Shown here: positions 31,382 through 41,101 of the stretch, in pieces
How positions within the stretch are numbered: the stretch's first letter is position 1
Layout of the letters: each line of letters starts with the position of its first letter
DNA from: Myxococcota bacterium
GTDB taxonomy: Bacteria; Myxococcota_A; UBA9042; PHBI01; JAWLBL01
Length of the DNA: 64,000 nucleotides
Assembly (NCBI GenBank): GCA_041687695.1
Contig: JAWLBL010000013.1
Location: 96,001-160,000 of the forward strand
Reading direction: 5' to 3'
Made by a program: the position numbers and the translations under genes
The notes under the pieces: generated by a model
What the model was told of the DNA's origin: nothing
Databases searched by the model: none
What the model saw: the letters and a program-made list of their open reading frames with translations, nothing else

Positions 31382-31554
31382 ATCGAGTTCTGGTTCGGGC
31401 CACCGGACTGCACGAGCTCGCTCGTGCTCCGGCATGGCGCAGCTCGCTGCGCCCGCGAGGCTACAGTCCCATGCCTCCCCGCGCAGCTAGCTGCGCGGGC
31501 CCTCGAGCCCGAGCAAGCTCGGGCATTCCAACACGCCCGTAGCTAGAACTCGAT
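31382..31554. repeat. Palindromic REP/MITE-like element: four hairpins inside a terminal inverted repeat
   Basis: Outer IR 31382-31400/31535-31554; four palindromes with AGC-NN-GCT apex. Confidence 0.65.
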
Positions 31555-31577
31555 AGCCCTGGCCCGCCAGGGGCGGC

Positions 31578-33605
31578 TCAATCCCGGAACGCGACGCGGG
31601 CCTCGGCCTGGGCCACCGCGACCGTCCCGTCGGCCGCCACCAGCAGGGGCGACAGCCGGAACAGCGACAGCTCGGGGAAGTCGACCACGAGCTGGCCGAG
31701 GCGCACGAGGACGTCGGCGACCCGCGCACGCGCTTGCCCGAGGGCGAAGGGCGCCGTCAGGCGCATCGCGGCCCGCTGGCTGAGCGGGGCGCAGGCGGCG
31801 CGGGCGGGTGGCGCGTCCGGGTCGTCGTGGGCGAGGTGGACCAGGGGCCCGAACCGGGGATCGAGGCGGGCCCCGGCGACGAAGGTGCGCGCGGACGGCG
31901 GGACGGGGCGCACGGTGAAGGCGGCGTGCGGGTCCTCGCCGCAGACGTCGTCCCACAGGCGCAACAGCGCCGCCTCGAGGGCGTCCCCGTCGGTCAGCGG
32001 CAGCACGACGGGACGCTGGGCCGGGTGGTGGGGGGCCTGGCGGGGGGCGGCGGCCACGGCGTGGGTCGCCACCGAAAGCGCCACGGGGTAGCCGAGCTCG
32101 GCGCCGGCGCGACGCGCGGCGTGGGGGCTGGCGACGGTGATGCGTCGGCCGGTCGGGAGGCCGTAGGCGGTCAGGATCCGATCCAGCTCGTCGGGCTGCA
32201 GGTGCGTGCGGTCGGTCAAGCGCGCCCCGATGACGACGGCCTGGGCCAGCGGGGCCTGCACCGAGACCTCGACCGCCGGCGCCGCGGCGTGGGCGCGCAG
32301 GGTCGGCGCCCGCACCAGGGCCGCCAGCGCGGCGGCGGCTTCCTCGGGCGACCCGGCCGCGCCGGCGCCCCAGGCCGAGGCGACCACGGTCGGGCGCTCG
32401 CGGCCTTCGACCAGCGCCCGCCAGGTCGCCGCGTCGTCGGGCGAGGCCTCGACGGGCAAGCCCCAGGCGACGAGGATGGCGTCGACGGTCGGCGCGGAGG
32501 CCAGCGCGTCGAGGGTCACGCCCAGGTGGCGCAGCGAGGCGTCGGGGCGCAGGTCGACGGGGTTGTCGACGCGAGCGTGGACGTGGACCTCGCTGGCGAT
32601 GGCGCGGCTCGTCTCGGGGGGCAGCGCCGCCAGGGTCATGCCTTGCGCGCGCGTGGCGGCGGCGGCCAGGGCGGCGGCGCCCGCGGAGTTGGCGACGACG
32701 GCGACGCGCGGGCCGTTCGGGGTGGGGCCGCGGGCCAGCGCGTCCGCGAGGCGCAGGGCGTCGCGGGGCGAGGCGGCGCGGTGCACGCCCAGGGAGCGGA
32801 CGACGTCGTCCAGGCGAGCCAGGGCGGGGGCGGCCGGGGTGTCGGCGTCCTCCAGCGGCAGGCGAGGGCGGGCGCCGGGGAGGACCAGGACGACGGGCTT
32901 GCGGGCGGCGACGGCGCGGACGCGGGTGGGGAGGCCCTCGGGGTCGCCGAGGGTGTCGGCGTGGACGACGATGGCCCGGGTCATCGCGTCGGCGGCGAAG
33001 GCCTCGATCAGATCGATCGCCGACACGCCGCTCGGGCTGGCGGTGGCGAAGGCGGACAGGCCGACGCCGGCCTGGCAGGCCGCCGCGAGGAGCGCCTCCT
33101 CGGCGCCCGCCTGGGCGCACGCGGCGACGTGACCCACCGGCGGCAGGGCCGAGGTGGCGAGCGCCGCGACCACCTCGCCGGCGCCCTGGCGCATCACGCC
33201 GGCCGCGCCCGGCCCTACGAGCAGGAGGCCGCGCTCCTCGCACAGGGCGAGCAGGGCCTCCTCGGCCGGGACGTCGACGGCGTCGGGGTCGTCCTCGCTG
33301 GCCAGCAGCAGGACGCCGGCCAGCGGCGGCACGACGACCAGGGCGCGCGCGCCGCGATCGGCGGCGGCCGCGGCGACCTCGAGGACGTCCTCGGGCGGGA
33401 CGTCCACGACGACGAGGTCGAGCGGGCCGGCCTCGGGGCCGATCTGGTTCGGGTGGGCGGCCTCGACGACCGGCGCGGTCGAGGCGGTGGCGCGCGCGAG
33501 GGCGGCGATCTGGCGGGCGCGGGTGGCGCCCGGTCGCTCGGCGCCGACGACGGCGAGGTGGCGGGGCGAAAGCAGCGGGGAGAGCGGCGAGTCCGAGGCG
33601 TTCAT
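31578..33605 (-). CDS. Divergent acetate-CoA ligase (ADP-forming)-like CoA-binding protein
   Basis: LLSPRHLAVVGA, LVGPG, VAVVANSAG, DNPVDL, LGYPVAL, DPRFGPLV. Confidence 0.75.
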   Translation of the reverse strand: MNASDSPLSPLLSPRHLAVVGAERPGATRARQIAALARATASTAPVVEAAHPNQIGPEAGPLDLVVVDVPPEDVLEVAAAAADRGARALVVVPPLAGVLLLASEDDPDAVDVPAEEALLALCEERGLLLVGPGAAGVMRQGAGEVVAALATSALPPVGHVAACAQAGAEEALLAAACQAGVGLSAFATASPSGVSAIDLIEAFAADAMTRAIVVHADTLGDPEGLPTRVRAVAARKPVVLVLPGARPRLPLEDADTPAAPALARLDDVVRSLGVHRAASPRDALRLADALARGPTPNGPRVAVVANSAGAAALAAAATRAQGMTLAALPPETSRAIASEVHVHARVDNPVDLRPDASLRHLGVTLDALASAPTVDAILVAWGLPVEASPDDAATWRALVEGRERPTVVASAWGAGAAGSPEEAAAALAALVRAPTLRAHAAAPAVEVSVQAPLAQAVVIGARLTDRTHLQPDELDRILTAYGLPTGRRITVASPHAARRAGAELGYPVALSVATHAVAAAPRQAPHHPAQRPVVLPLTDGDALEAALLRLWDDVCGEDPHAAFTVRPVPPSARTFVAGARLDPRFGPLVHLAHDDPDAPPARAACAPLSQRAAMRLTAPFALGQARARVADVLVRLGQLVVDFPELSLFRLSPLLVAADGTVAVAQAEARVAFRD

Positions 33606-33660
33606 GGCGCGCAATGTGCGCTCCCGGGCGCCGCGCGCCAAGCGAAGAGGTATAAGCCTC

Positions 33661-34059
33661 CTATTCGGGCTTCCACTTGCGCTGCTTCTTCACGGCGCTG
33701 CGTTGGCGCTTGGCCTCGACGCGGCGCGCGCGCGAGGCGCGGGTGGGGCGGGTCGGCACGCGCGGCGTCTCGCGCTCCTCGGCGCGCGCGAGCAGCTCGG
33801 CCAGCTTGGCGAAGCAGTCCTCGACGTTGCGCGCCTGGCTGCGGTAGCGCGAGGAGGTGATGACCAGCTCGCCGTCGCGCGTGATGCGGTGGCGCGCCAG
33901 ATCGCGCAGGCGGGCGCGGACGTCCTCGGGGATCCAGTCGGCCTCGGCGACCGCGAAGCGCAGCTCGGCCTTGGTCTCGACCTTGTTGACGTTCTGGCCG
34001 CCCGGGCCGCCGCTGCGCGCGAAGCTGACGGTCACACGGTCGCGCGGGATGTCGATCAT
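33661..34059 (-). CDS. arfB: Alternative ribosome rescue factor ArfB (YaeJ)
   Basis: RSGGPGGQNVNKV, RSQARN, basic C-tail PTRPTRAS..KKQR. Confidence 0.93.
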   Translation of the reverse strand: MIDIPRDRVTVSFARSGGPGGQNVNKVETKAELRFAVAEADWIPEDVRARLRDLARHRITRDGELVITSSRYRSQARNVEDCFAKLAELLARAEERETPRVPTRPTRASRARRVEAKRQRSAVKKQRKWKPE

Positions 34060-34190
34060 GAGGGGCTCCGGGCAGGCGGGCGACGGCGACCGCGGCGGCG
34101 GGCTTGACCGGGCGGCGAGGGTCTTCTACAGCGGCTGACGCACCGCCGAAAAGCAAGACCCGCCACCAGCCAGCCGACCGCGAGGATGCC

Positions 34191-34928
34191 GTGACCACGC
34201 CGCAAGCACCGAGCCTCACGACCCGACCGAACGACTTCGAGGGCCGCGAGGTCGTCGTGACCGGAGGCGCCGGGGCGCTCGGACGCGCCGTCGTCAGCCA
34301 GCTGCTGGCGCGAGGGGCGCGCGTCCATGTGCCGTGCCTGCACGCCTCCGAGCGCGACGCTGCGCCCTGGCGCGACGATCCATCCGTGCGCGCCGTCGCC
34401 GGCGTGGATCTGGGGGACGAGGCGCAGGTGCGCGCCTTCTTTGAGGCGGTGCCGACCCTGTGGGCCTCGATCCAGATCGCCGGCGGCTTCGCCATGGCGC
34501 CGCTGACCGAGACCACCCTCGCGGCCTGGCGGCACATGCAGGACATGAACGGGACCACCTGCTTTCTGGCCTGCCGCGAGGCGGTCCGCCGCATGCGCGC
34601 CAGCGGCGGCGAGGGGGGGCGCCTGGTCAACGTCGCGGCTCGGCCGGCCCTGGTGCCGACCGGCGGCATGGCGGCCTACGCGGCGTCCAAGGCCGCCGTC
34701 GCGAACCTGACGGTCAGCCTGGCCGAGGAGCTGGCGGGCGAGGGCATCTGGGTCAACGCGGTCGTCCCGTCCATCATGGACACGCCCGCGAACCGCAAGG
34801 CAATGCCGAAGGCCGACCACGCCGCGTGGCCAACGGTCGAGGCCGTCGCCGAGACCCTGGTGTTCCTCGCCTCGCCCACCAACGCGGTCACCCGGGGTGC
34901 CCTGGTCCCGGTCTACGGGCGCAGCTGA
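34191..34928 (+). CDS. Short-chain dehydrogenase/reductase
   Basis: TGGAGALG, YAASK, NAVVPSIMDTPANR; TTGACC-N17-TACAGC at 34104-34132. Confidence 0.9.
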   Translation: MTTPQAPSLTTRPNDFEGREVVVTGGAGALGRAVVSQLLARGARVHVPCLHASERDAAPWRDDPSVRAVAGVDLGDEAQVRAFFEAVPTLWASIQIAGGFAMAPLTETTLAAWRHMQDMNGTTCFLACREAVRRMRASGGEGGRLVNVAARPALVPTGGMAAYAASKAAVANLTVSLAEELAGEGIWVNAVVPSIMDTPANRKAMPKADHAAWPTVEAVAETLVFLASPTNAVTRGALVPVYGRS

Positions 34929-35101
34929 GCGGGCGCGCGCCGACCGAGACGCTGGTGGGGGTGGTCGGCGGTGGCTCGGCCCTTGCAGTGGCAGGGGCCT
35001 TTCGCTACAAGGCGCCCTTTCCGCCCGCCGGGCGCCCCCCGCGGCGCGTCCCGTCCCTCCCCGGAGGGGGGCCGCCAGCCGCACACACACGCGTGAACAT
35101 C

Positions 35102-37900
35102 ATGAACTGTCCGAGCTGCGGCCACGAGAACCTCAGCGACTTCCCCTTCTGCGAGCACTGCCTCGAGCTGTTGCCCCCGCCGGAGGGCGGCCTGGGCTCG
35201 GCCTTCGAGTTCGATCGGGGCGTGGCCACGGCGCGCGTCGGGCGCTCCGACTGGCCGGCCTTCCCCTGGAACCCGCCGGATCTGCCGGACCCGCTGATCG
35301 GCCGCGAGAAGGCCCAGAAGCAGCTCGCCGCCGGCTGGGACGACGTGGTCGGGCACTGGCGCGCTCGCATCCACCTGCTGGTCAGCGAATACGGCATGGG
35401 CAAGTCCCGCGTCGCGACCGCCCTGGTGGCCGACGCCCTGCGCCGCGACGAGACGACGCGCGTCATCCGCACGCGCTGCCCGGCCTGGGGCGGCCCCTTC
35501 CGCATGTGGGACGCCATCCTGCGCGCCGCCCTCGACATCCCCGACAGCGCGGACCCGGTCGAGTGCGGCGAACGCCTGAGCCGCGCGGTCGAGGACGTCC
35601 TGCCCGACGAGGCCGCCGAGATCGCGGCCCTGGTCGCCTGGCTGACCGGCTGGGACGCGCCCGGCCGGCCGCGCCCGTCGGGGCTGACCGACGAGGAGGC
35701 GCTGGTCGCGCGCAGCACGGCCGCCCTGTCGCGTCTGCTCGGCGCGATGAGCGTCGAGCGGCCGCTGCTCGTCATCGTCGACCAGGCGAACAACGCGACC
35801 GCGCGCAGCCTCTCGCTGGCCGGCGCCCTCGAGGAGATGTTGCGCGACCGGCCCGTGATGCTGGTGCTGGCCGGGTCGCCCGCGCTGACGGACATCCTGC
35901 CCGGCTGGGAGGCCTTCCCCGCGACGCGCCTAGGGCGCCTGACCCGGCGCGACGCCGAGCGGATGCTGCGGGTGTTCCTGGACGGCCTGGGCGAGCCGCC
36001 GGTCGAGATCCTCGAGCGCATCCTGGACCGCGCCCACGGAAGCCCCTACGCCATCAAGTCGATGGTGCGCTACCTGCGCGACGCGGGGGCCATCGCGCTC
36101 CAGGACGGCGTGTGGGCGCTGGACGAGACGGTCGCCTGGGACCTGGACCTGCCCGAGGACCTCGAGGGCGTCGTCCTGGCGCACCTCGAGACGCTCAACG
36201 CGACCGAGCGTGACGTGCTGGGCCGCGCCGCGGTCATCGGGCGCGAGTTCTGGCTGGGCGCGCTGGTGGCCCTCGAGCGTCACGACGCGACCCCGGCCGC
36301 CGCGGCGGCCCCCGGCGACATCACGCGCGACGGCGTGCCCGGCTTCGTGCGGGCCGCCCTCGAGCGCCTGGCCGGCCTGAAGTTCATCGAGCGCCGCCCG
36401 GCCCACCTGCCCGGCGAGGAGGCCTGGGTCTTCAGCAGCGAGCTGCACTGGCAGGTCGCGCAGACGATGCTGCCCGAGGCCACGCGCCAGCGGCACCATC
36501 GCATCATCCTCGAGTGGCTGCTGATGCACCTGGGCGACGAGCACGGCGAGCACTGCGAGGAGCTGGCGCGCCACGCCGAGGGCTGCGGGGACGCGGCGCG
36601 GGCGGCGACGTGGCTGCTCGAGGCGGCGCAGCTGGCGCGGGCGCAGCATCACCCGACCGACGAGCGGCGCCTGCTGATGAACGCGCGGGCGCTGGTGCCG
36701 GCCGAGGCGACCGCGACGCGGGTGGCGGTCGACTTCGATCTGGGCGACGCCTTCGCCCTGTGCGGGGACGTCGAGGCGGCGCTCGAGTGCTACCAGGACG
36801 CGCTGCGGGCGTCGTGGCACATGCGGCACCGGGGGCGGGGCGCGGCCGCGCTGGCGCGCATCGGGCGGGCCGAGGGCGACCGCGGGGACCTCACGCGGGC
36901 CTACGAGCACCTGCACCAGGCCCTGCGCCTGTACGAGGCCATCGAGGATCGGGCCGGCGTGGCGGCGACCAGCTACCAGCTGGGGCGGCTGCTGTGGCTC
37001 AAGGGGCGGCTGAACGAGGCGCTGGGCAGCTACCGCAAGAGCGAGAGCATCAGCCGGCAGGTCCAGGACCGGGCGGGCATCGCGCAGGCGGTGCACGCCA
37101 TCGCGGCGCTGCACTACGACCGCGGCGACGTGCTGCTCGCCGAGGAGTACTACAACGACGCGCTGTCGCTGCGACGCGCGCTGGACGACCGCCGGGGCGT
37201 CGCGCGGACGCTGAACGATCTGGGGCTGGTCTGGACCAGCCGCGGCGAGGTCGAGCGGGCGGTCGCCGGGTGGCGCGAGGCGACGAGCATGGCGCGCGAC
37301 ATCGGCGATCGGGTGGTCGAGGCGACGCTGGCGTCGAACCTGGGCGAGGGATTGACCGCGCTCGGGCAGCACGACGAGGCCGAGGAGACGCTGGAGCGCG
37401 CGATCGCGCTGGCGCGGTCCATCGCGCAGCCGCGCGTGCTGGCGGACGCCTGGCTGAACCTGGGGCAGCTGCGGCTGTCGCGGGGACAGTGGGACGCGGC
37501 GCGGGCGGCCCTGGACGAGGCCGCGCAGGCGACGGCGGGGCTGGACGTGCCGCGGATGACCGCGGCCGTCGACCGGGCGTACGGCGAGCTGGCGCTGGGC
37601 GAGGCGCGGGCGCCCGAGCACCAGGGCGGGGCGACGACGCGGCCGCTGCTGGCGCACGCGCAGGAGGCGCTGCGCAAGGCGGCCGACGCCTTCAGTGCGG
37701 CCGGCTACGACCTCGAGGCGGCCACGGCGCTCGAGCGGTTGGCCGAGGCGCTGGCGCTGGACGACAAGGACGACGAGGCGGCCCAGGCGCGCGATTCGGC
37801 CAAGGCGCTGCGAGGCTCGCACGAGGTGCGCCCGTCCGAGGCGACGCCCACGGCGGTGCCGGCGATGGAAGAGGCCAGCGACGAGGCGGTCGACGCGTGA
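35102..37900 (+). CDS. Zinc-ribbon + STAND/AAA ATPase + TPR protein
   Basis: CPSC..CEHC; LIGRE, EYGMGKS, GSPY, AAVIGREFW; multiple TPRs. Confidence 0.85.
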   Translation: MNCPSCGHENLSDFPFCEHCLELLPPPEGGLGSAFEFDRGVATARVGRSDWPAFPWNPPDLPDPLIGREKAQKQLAAGWDDVVGHWRARIHLLVSEYGMGKSRVATALVADALRRDETTRVIRTRCPAWGGPFRMWDAILRAALDIPDSADPVECGERLSRAVEDVLPDEAAEIAALVAWLTGWDAPGRPRPSGLTDEEALVARSTAALSRLLGAMSVERPLLVIVDQANNATARSLSLAGALEEMLRDRPVMLVLAGSPALTDILPGWEAFPATRLGRLTRRDAERMLRVFLDGLGEPPVEILERILDRAHGSPYAIKSMVRYLRDAGAIALQDGVWALDETVAWDLDLPEDLEGVVLAHLETLNATERDVLGRAAVIGREFWLGALVALERHDATPAAAAAPGDITRDGVPGFVRAALERLAGLKFIERRPAHLPGEEAWVFSSELHWQVAQTMLPEATRQRHHRIILEWLLMHLGDEHGEHCEELARHAEGCGDAARAATWLLEAAQLARAQHHPTDERRLLMNARALVPAEATATRVAVDFDLGDAFALCGDVEAALECYQDALRASWHMRHRGRGAAALARIGRAEGDRGDLTRAYEHLHQALRLYEAIEDRAGVAATSYQLGRLLWLKGRLNEALGSYRKSESISRQVQDRAGIAQAVHAIAALHYDRGDVLLAEEYYNDALSLRRALDDRRGVARTLNDLGLVWTSRGEVERAVAGWREATSMARDIGDRVVEATLASNLGEGLTALGQHDEAEETLERAIALARSIAQPRVLADAWLNLGQLRLSRGQWDAARAALDEAAQATAGLDVPRMTAAVDRAYGELALGEARAPEHQGGATTRPLLAHAQEALRKAADAFSAAGYDLEAATALERLAEALALDDKDDEAAQARDSAKALRGSHEVRPSEATPTAVPAMEEASDEAVDA

Positions 37901-38475
37901 GGCGGGCCGCCGCGCTGGGGCTCCGCGTGGCCGTCGGCGTGGCCGTGGCCGGCGCGGGGTCGGCGCGGGCCGAGGTGGACTGGTCGGTCGACATGGCGCT
38001 GCCCGACCGCGACTTCGCGTTCGGGCTGACGGGCGGCGTCGTCTTCGACGAGGACCGCCGCGACGCGGCGACCAGCGGGATGCTGGGGCTGGACGCCAGC
38101 TACCTGGACGGACTGTTCGGGGCGCACCTGGGCGTGCGGGCGCACCGAGAGGGCTTCGACTGGCGCGTCGCCGGGCTGGCCGAGGTCACCTGGTGGTACC
38201 TCCTGCTGCTGGGCACGGGCGTGCAGGTCGGGCAGATGCTGGGCGACGGCGGGCCGGGCGTGCCGGACACGGCGGTGGCGTTGACGCTGCTGGTCGGCGC
38301 GCCGTTTCCCATCGCGACCCTGGACGAGGGGCGCGGCGGCAGCCTGGTCCTGATGCCCTACGGGCGTCCGGGGCTGCGCTTTCGGGGCGAGCGTCCGGGC
38401 CTCGACCGCGACGACCGGGTGCGGGGCTACCACGAGATCGGCGTGTCGCTGCGGTGGACCAGCTTCGGCTGGTGA
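37897..38475 (+). CDS. Hypothetical secreted/outer-membrane protein
   Basis: GTGA overlap; signal peptide SARA; beta-strand pattern; aromatic C-terminus. Confidence 0.65.
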   Translation: MRRAAALGLRVAVGVAVAGAGSARAEVDWSVDMALPDRDFAFGLTGGVVFDEDRRDAATSGMLGLDASYLDGLFGAHLGVRAHREGFDWRVAGLAEVTWWYLLLLGTGVQVGQMLGDGGPGVPDTAVALTLLVGAPFPIATLDEGRGGSLVLMPYGRPGLRFRGERPGLDRDDRVRGYHEIGVSLRWTSFGW

Positions 38476-38483
38476 CCGGCCGG

Positions 38484-39980
38484 TCAGCGCCGGCGCAGCC
38501 AGTCGACCACGTGGCCGATGAGCGTCGGCAGCTCCCAGAGCAGCTCGGCGCGCGAGCCCATCGGGCTCACCGGCTGCGAGAGGGTCGCGAGCGCCGGCGG
38601 GACGGAGGACTCGCGGGGGCGCGCGGCCTGGCGGGCCTCGGCGCGCCGCTCGATCTCGCCGATCTCCAGGCCGCCCATCGCGACGAAGGTGCGGATCTGC
38701 TCGAGCTCGCCGGCGTCGAGGTACATGCCGTGGACCGTGCACTCGTCGACCACGATGCCGCTGACCCGGCCGAAGTTGCGGCGGTGCATGGGCGTGTCGC
38801 AGCGCGGGCAGCGGCGGTAGACGACCGCCTGGGGCGCGCGGCGCAGGGCCGCCACCTGCCGGCGGATCTCGCTCAGGTTGGCGCGCGTCATCAGCGGGCG
38901 CGTGACCAGGGCGTCGATCTCGCCGTGATCGAGCCACAGCCCGTGGCAGCTGGCGCACATGTCGACCTCGGTGTCGCTGGTCCCCATGACGACCGCGCGC
39001 ATCACGCCGCCGCAGCCCGGGCAGGGCAGGGTGGGGGGCGCCCCCGGGGCCGGGCCGTCGTCCTCGGCGCGCGCCAGCAAGGCGGACAGCGCCTGGTGGA
39101 CGTCGTCCTCGGACGCGGCGACCGGGCGCGCCGTGGGCGTCCGCAGGCCCAGTAGGCGCCGCTGCACGTCGCTCGCCCGCTGCGGGCGGCGCTCGACCCG
39201 CGGGTCCAGCAGCTCGTCCAGCAGGGCCACCAGCCCCGCGTCGGCGACCGCCGCGCGGAAGTCGAGCCGCATCTCGCGCACCGGCAGCTCCGACGGCTCG
39301 CGCCCGCTCGTCAGAAAGACCAGCGTCGCCCCCAGGGCGTACAGATCCGAGGCCGGCTCTGCGCGGCCCATGAACTGCTCGGGGGGCATGTACCCGTAGC
39401 TGCCGACCACCGTGCTGCCGGCCAGGGTGTGCTGCCGCAGCGCGTGCTGCACGGCCCCGAAGTCGATGAGCACCACGCCTCCGTCGGGCCGCACGATGAC
39501 GTTGGACGGCTTGACGTCGCGGTGGACGATCGGCGGCAGCCGCCCGTGCAGGTAGGCCAGCACCTCGGCGATGCCGGCCCCGATGCGCAAGACCTCGTCG
39601 CGCGAGAACGTCTCGCCCGCGCGCACCCGTCGCCGCAGATCGTCGCCGGGGACGAACTCCTCGACCAGCCACAGCCGCGGGTCGTCGTCGCCCTCCCGCA
39701 GCAGCTCGCGAAAGCGCGGCACCCCCGGGTGGTCCAGGCCACGCAACACCTGCGCGCCCCGCTCGAACAGCTCGAGCGACTTCCAGTCGGGCGCCGACTT
39801 CAGGCGCAGCTCCTTGGCCGCCAGCAAGGCGCTGCCGTCGGCCTCCTCGGCCAGCCAGACCCGCGCCGTCGCCCCCTCGCCCAGGGGTTCGATGAGCCGG
39901 TAGCGGCCGTCGGAGGCCGCCTCGAGGGAGCGCGCGGGAGCCACGGGCGCACTGTACTCCAACCCGTCCGCCGCGCCCAC
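38484..39980 (-). CDS. Hanks-type Ser/Thr kinase with two C-terminal zf-TFIIB-like zinc ribbons
   Basis: LGEGATARV, AAKEL, HRDVKPSN, DFG, GYMPPEQ; CPGC..CASCHGLWLD and CPRC..CTVHGMYLD. Confidence 0.9.
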   Translation of the reverse strand: MGAADGLEYSAPVAPARSLEAASDGRYRLIEPLGEGATARVWLAEEADGSALLAAKELRLKSAPDWKSLELFERGAQVLRGLDHPGVPRFRELLREGDDDPRLWLVEEFVPGDDLRRRVRAGETFSRDEVLRIGAGIAEVLAYLHGRLPPIVHRDVKPSNVIVRPDGGVVLIDFGAVQHALRQHTLAGSTVVGSYGYMPPEQFMGRAEPASDLYALGATLVFLTSGREPSELPVREMRLDFRAAVADAGLVALLDELLDPRVERRPQRASDVQRRLLGLRTPTARPVAASEDDVHQALSALLARAEDDGPAPGAPPTLPCPGCGGVMRAVVMGTSDTEVDMCASCHGLWLDHGEIDALVTRPLMTRANLSEIRRQVAALRRAPQAVVYRRCPRCDTPMHRRNFGRVSGIVVDECTVHGMYLDAGELEQIRTFVAMGGLEIGEIERRAEARQAARPRESSVPPALATLSQPVSPMGSRAELLWELPTLIGHVVDWLRRR

Positions 39981-40057
39981 CGCGAGGCGGAGCCTTGCGA
40001 ACGGCCACGGGCCCGAGGCAAGGTCGGCGCGGGCGACCGAGCCCGAGGAGGCATCGC

Positions 40058-41086
40058 TTGAGAGCGCGACCGCGCGTCGACCGCACCCCGGTGGGCGGGG
40101 GCCCGGGCCCCGTCCCCTACCGAGAGCACCGCTTCACGACCCCCGACGGCTTCGAACTGGGCCTGTATCGCTGCGCGCCCGAAGGCGACCGCGACGCGCT
40201 GGGCCGCCCGGTGCTGCTCCTGCCCGGCGTCGGCAGCAACCGCTACGGCTTCGGCGTGGCCCCGGGCGCCACGCTCCCCGAGGCCCTGGCCGCCGCGGGC
40301 CGCGACGCCTGGCTCCTGGACTTCCGCGGCTCCCGCTCGAGCCGCTGGACCGGCGCCGGCCGCCCGCCGGTCAGCATCGACCACAAGCTCGTGCTCGATC
40401 TGCCGAGCGCCATCGCCGAGGTCCGCCGCCTCACGGGCGCCGCCGCCCTCGATCTCGTCGGCCACAGCCTCGGCGGCCTCCTCGTCTACCTGCTGCTCGG
40501 CGGCCCCGCCGCCCCCGCGATCGGCCGCGCCGTCACCGTGTGCACCCCGGCGCGCGCCGCCGACTTCGCCGGCCCCGCCGCCGCCCTCCTGCGCGCCCCC
40601 GCCCGCGCCCTGTCGCCGGTCGCCGCGCGCCTGCCCGGCCTGATGGTCGACCGCCTGGCGCGCCTCCCCGGCCCCCTCCCGCACCTGGCCGCCTTCCGCC
40701 AGCACATCCTGGTCGGCTCGATGGACGCCGCCCTGCGCCGCGCCTACTTCGCCCACGGCGTCGAGGACATGCCCGGCGGGGATCTGGCGCAGATCATGCG
40801 CTGGATCGCCCACGACGGCCTGGTCGACGCGGCCGGCCAGCGCTACGACGAGCGCCTGCCCGCCGTCACGCGCCCGCTGCTGGTCCTGGCCGCCTCGCGC
40901 GACGGCCTCATCCCGGTCCCCGCCGTCCAGGCCGCCTTCGAGCGCCTGGGCAGCCGCGACAAGGATCTGCGCATCGTCGGCCGCCGCCACGGCGCCAGCC
41001 GCGACTACGCCCACGCCGACGTCCTGCTGGCCCCGTCGGCCGCGCGCGACGTCTACGGACCCATCGTCGAGTTCCTGGCCGGCTGA
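40058..41086 (+). CDS. Alpha/beta hydrolase (lipase/PhaC-like)
   Basis: GHSLGG, DGLI, DYAHADVL; GAGGAGG SD before TTG 40058. Confidence 0.85.
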   Translation: MRARPRVDRTPVGGGPGPVPYREHRFTTPDGFELGLYRCAPEGDRDALGRPVLLLPGVGSNRYGFGVAPGATLPEALAAAGRDAWLLDFRGSRSSRWTGAGRPPVSIDHKLVLDLPSAIAEVRRLTGAAALDLVGHSLGGLLVYLLLGGPAAPAIGRAVTVCTPARAADFAGPAAALLRAPARALSPVAARLPGLMVDRLARLPGPLPHLAAFRQHILVGSMDAALRRAYFAHGVEDMPGGDLAQIMRWIAHDGLVDAAGQRYDERLPAVTRPLLVLAASRDGLIPVPAVQAAFERLGSRDKDLRIVGRRHGASRDYAHADVLLAPSAARDVYGPIVEFLAG

Positions 41087-41101
41087 CGGCCCCGCCCCCC
41101 G

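Noticed and set aside
31382..31554. Retron msr-msd, integron attC or HDV-like ribozyme interpretation of the hairpin element
   Set aside because: There is no reverse transcriptase or integrase in the window, no RYYYAAC/GTTRRRY ends, and the HDV pseudoknot pairings cannot be completed.
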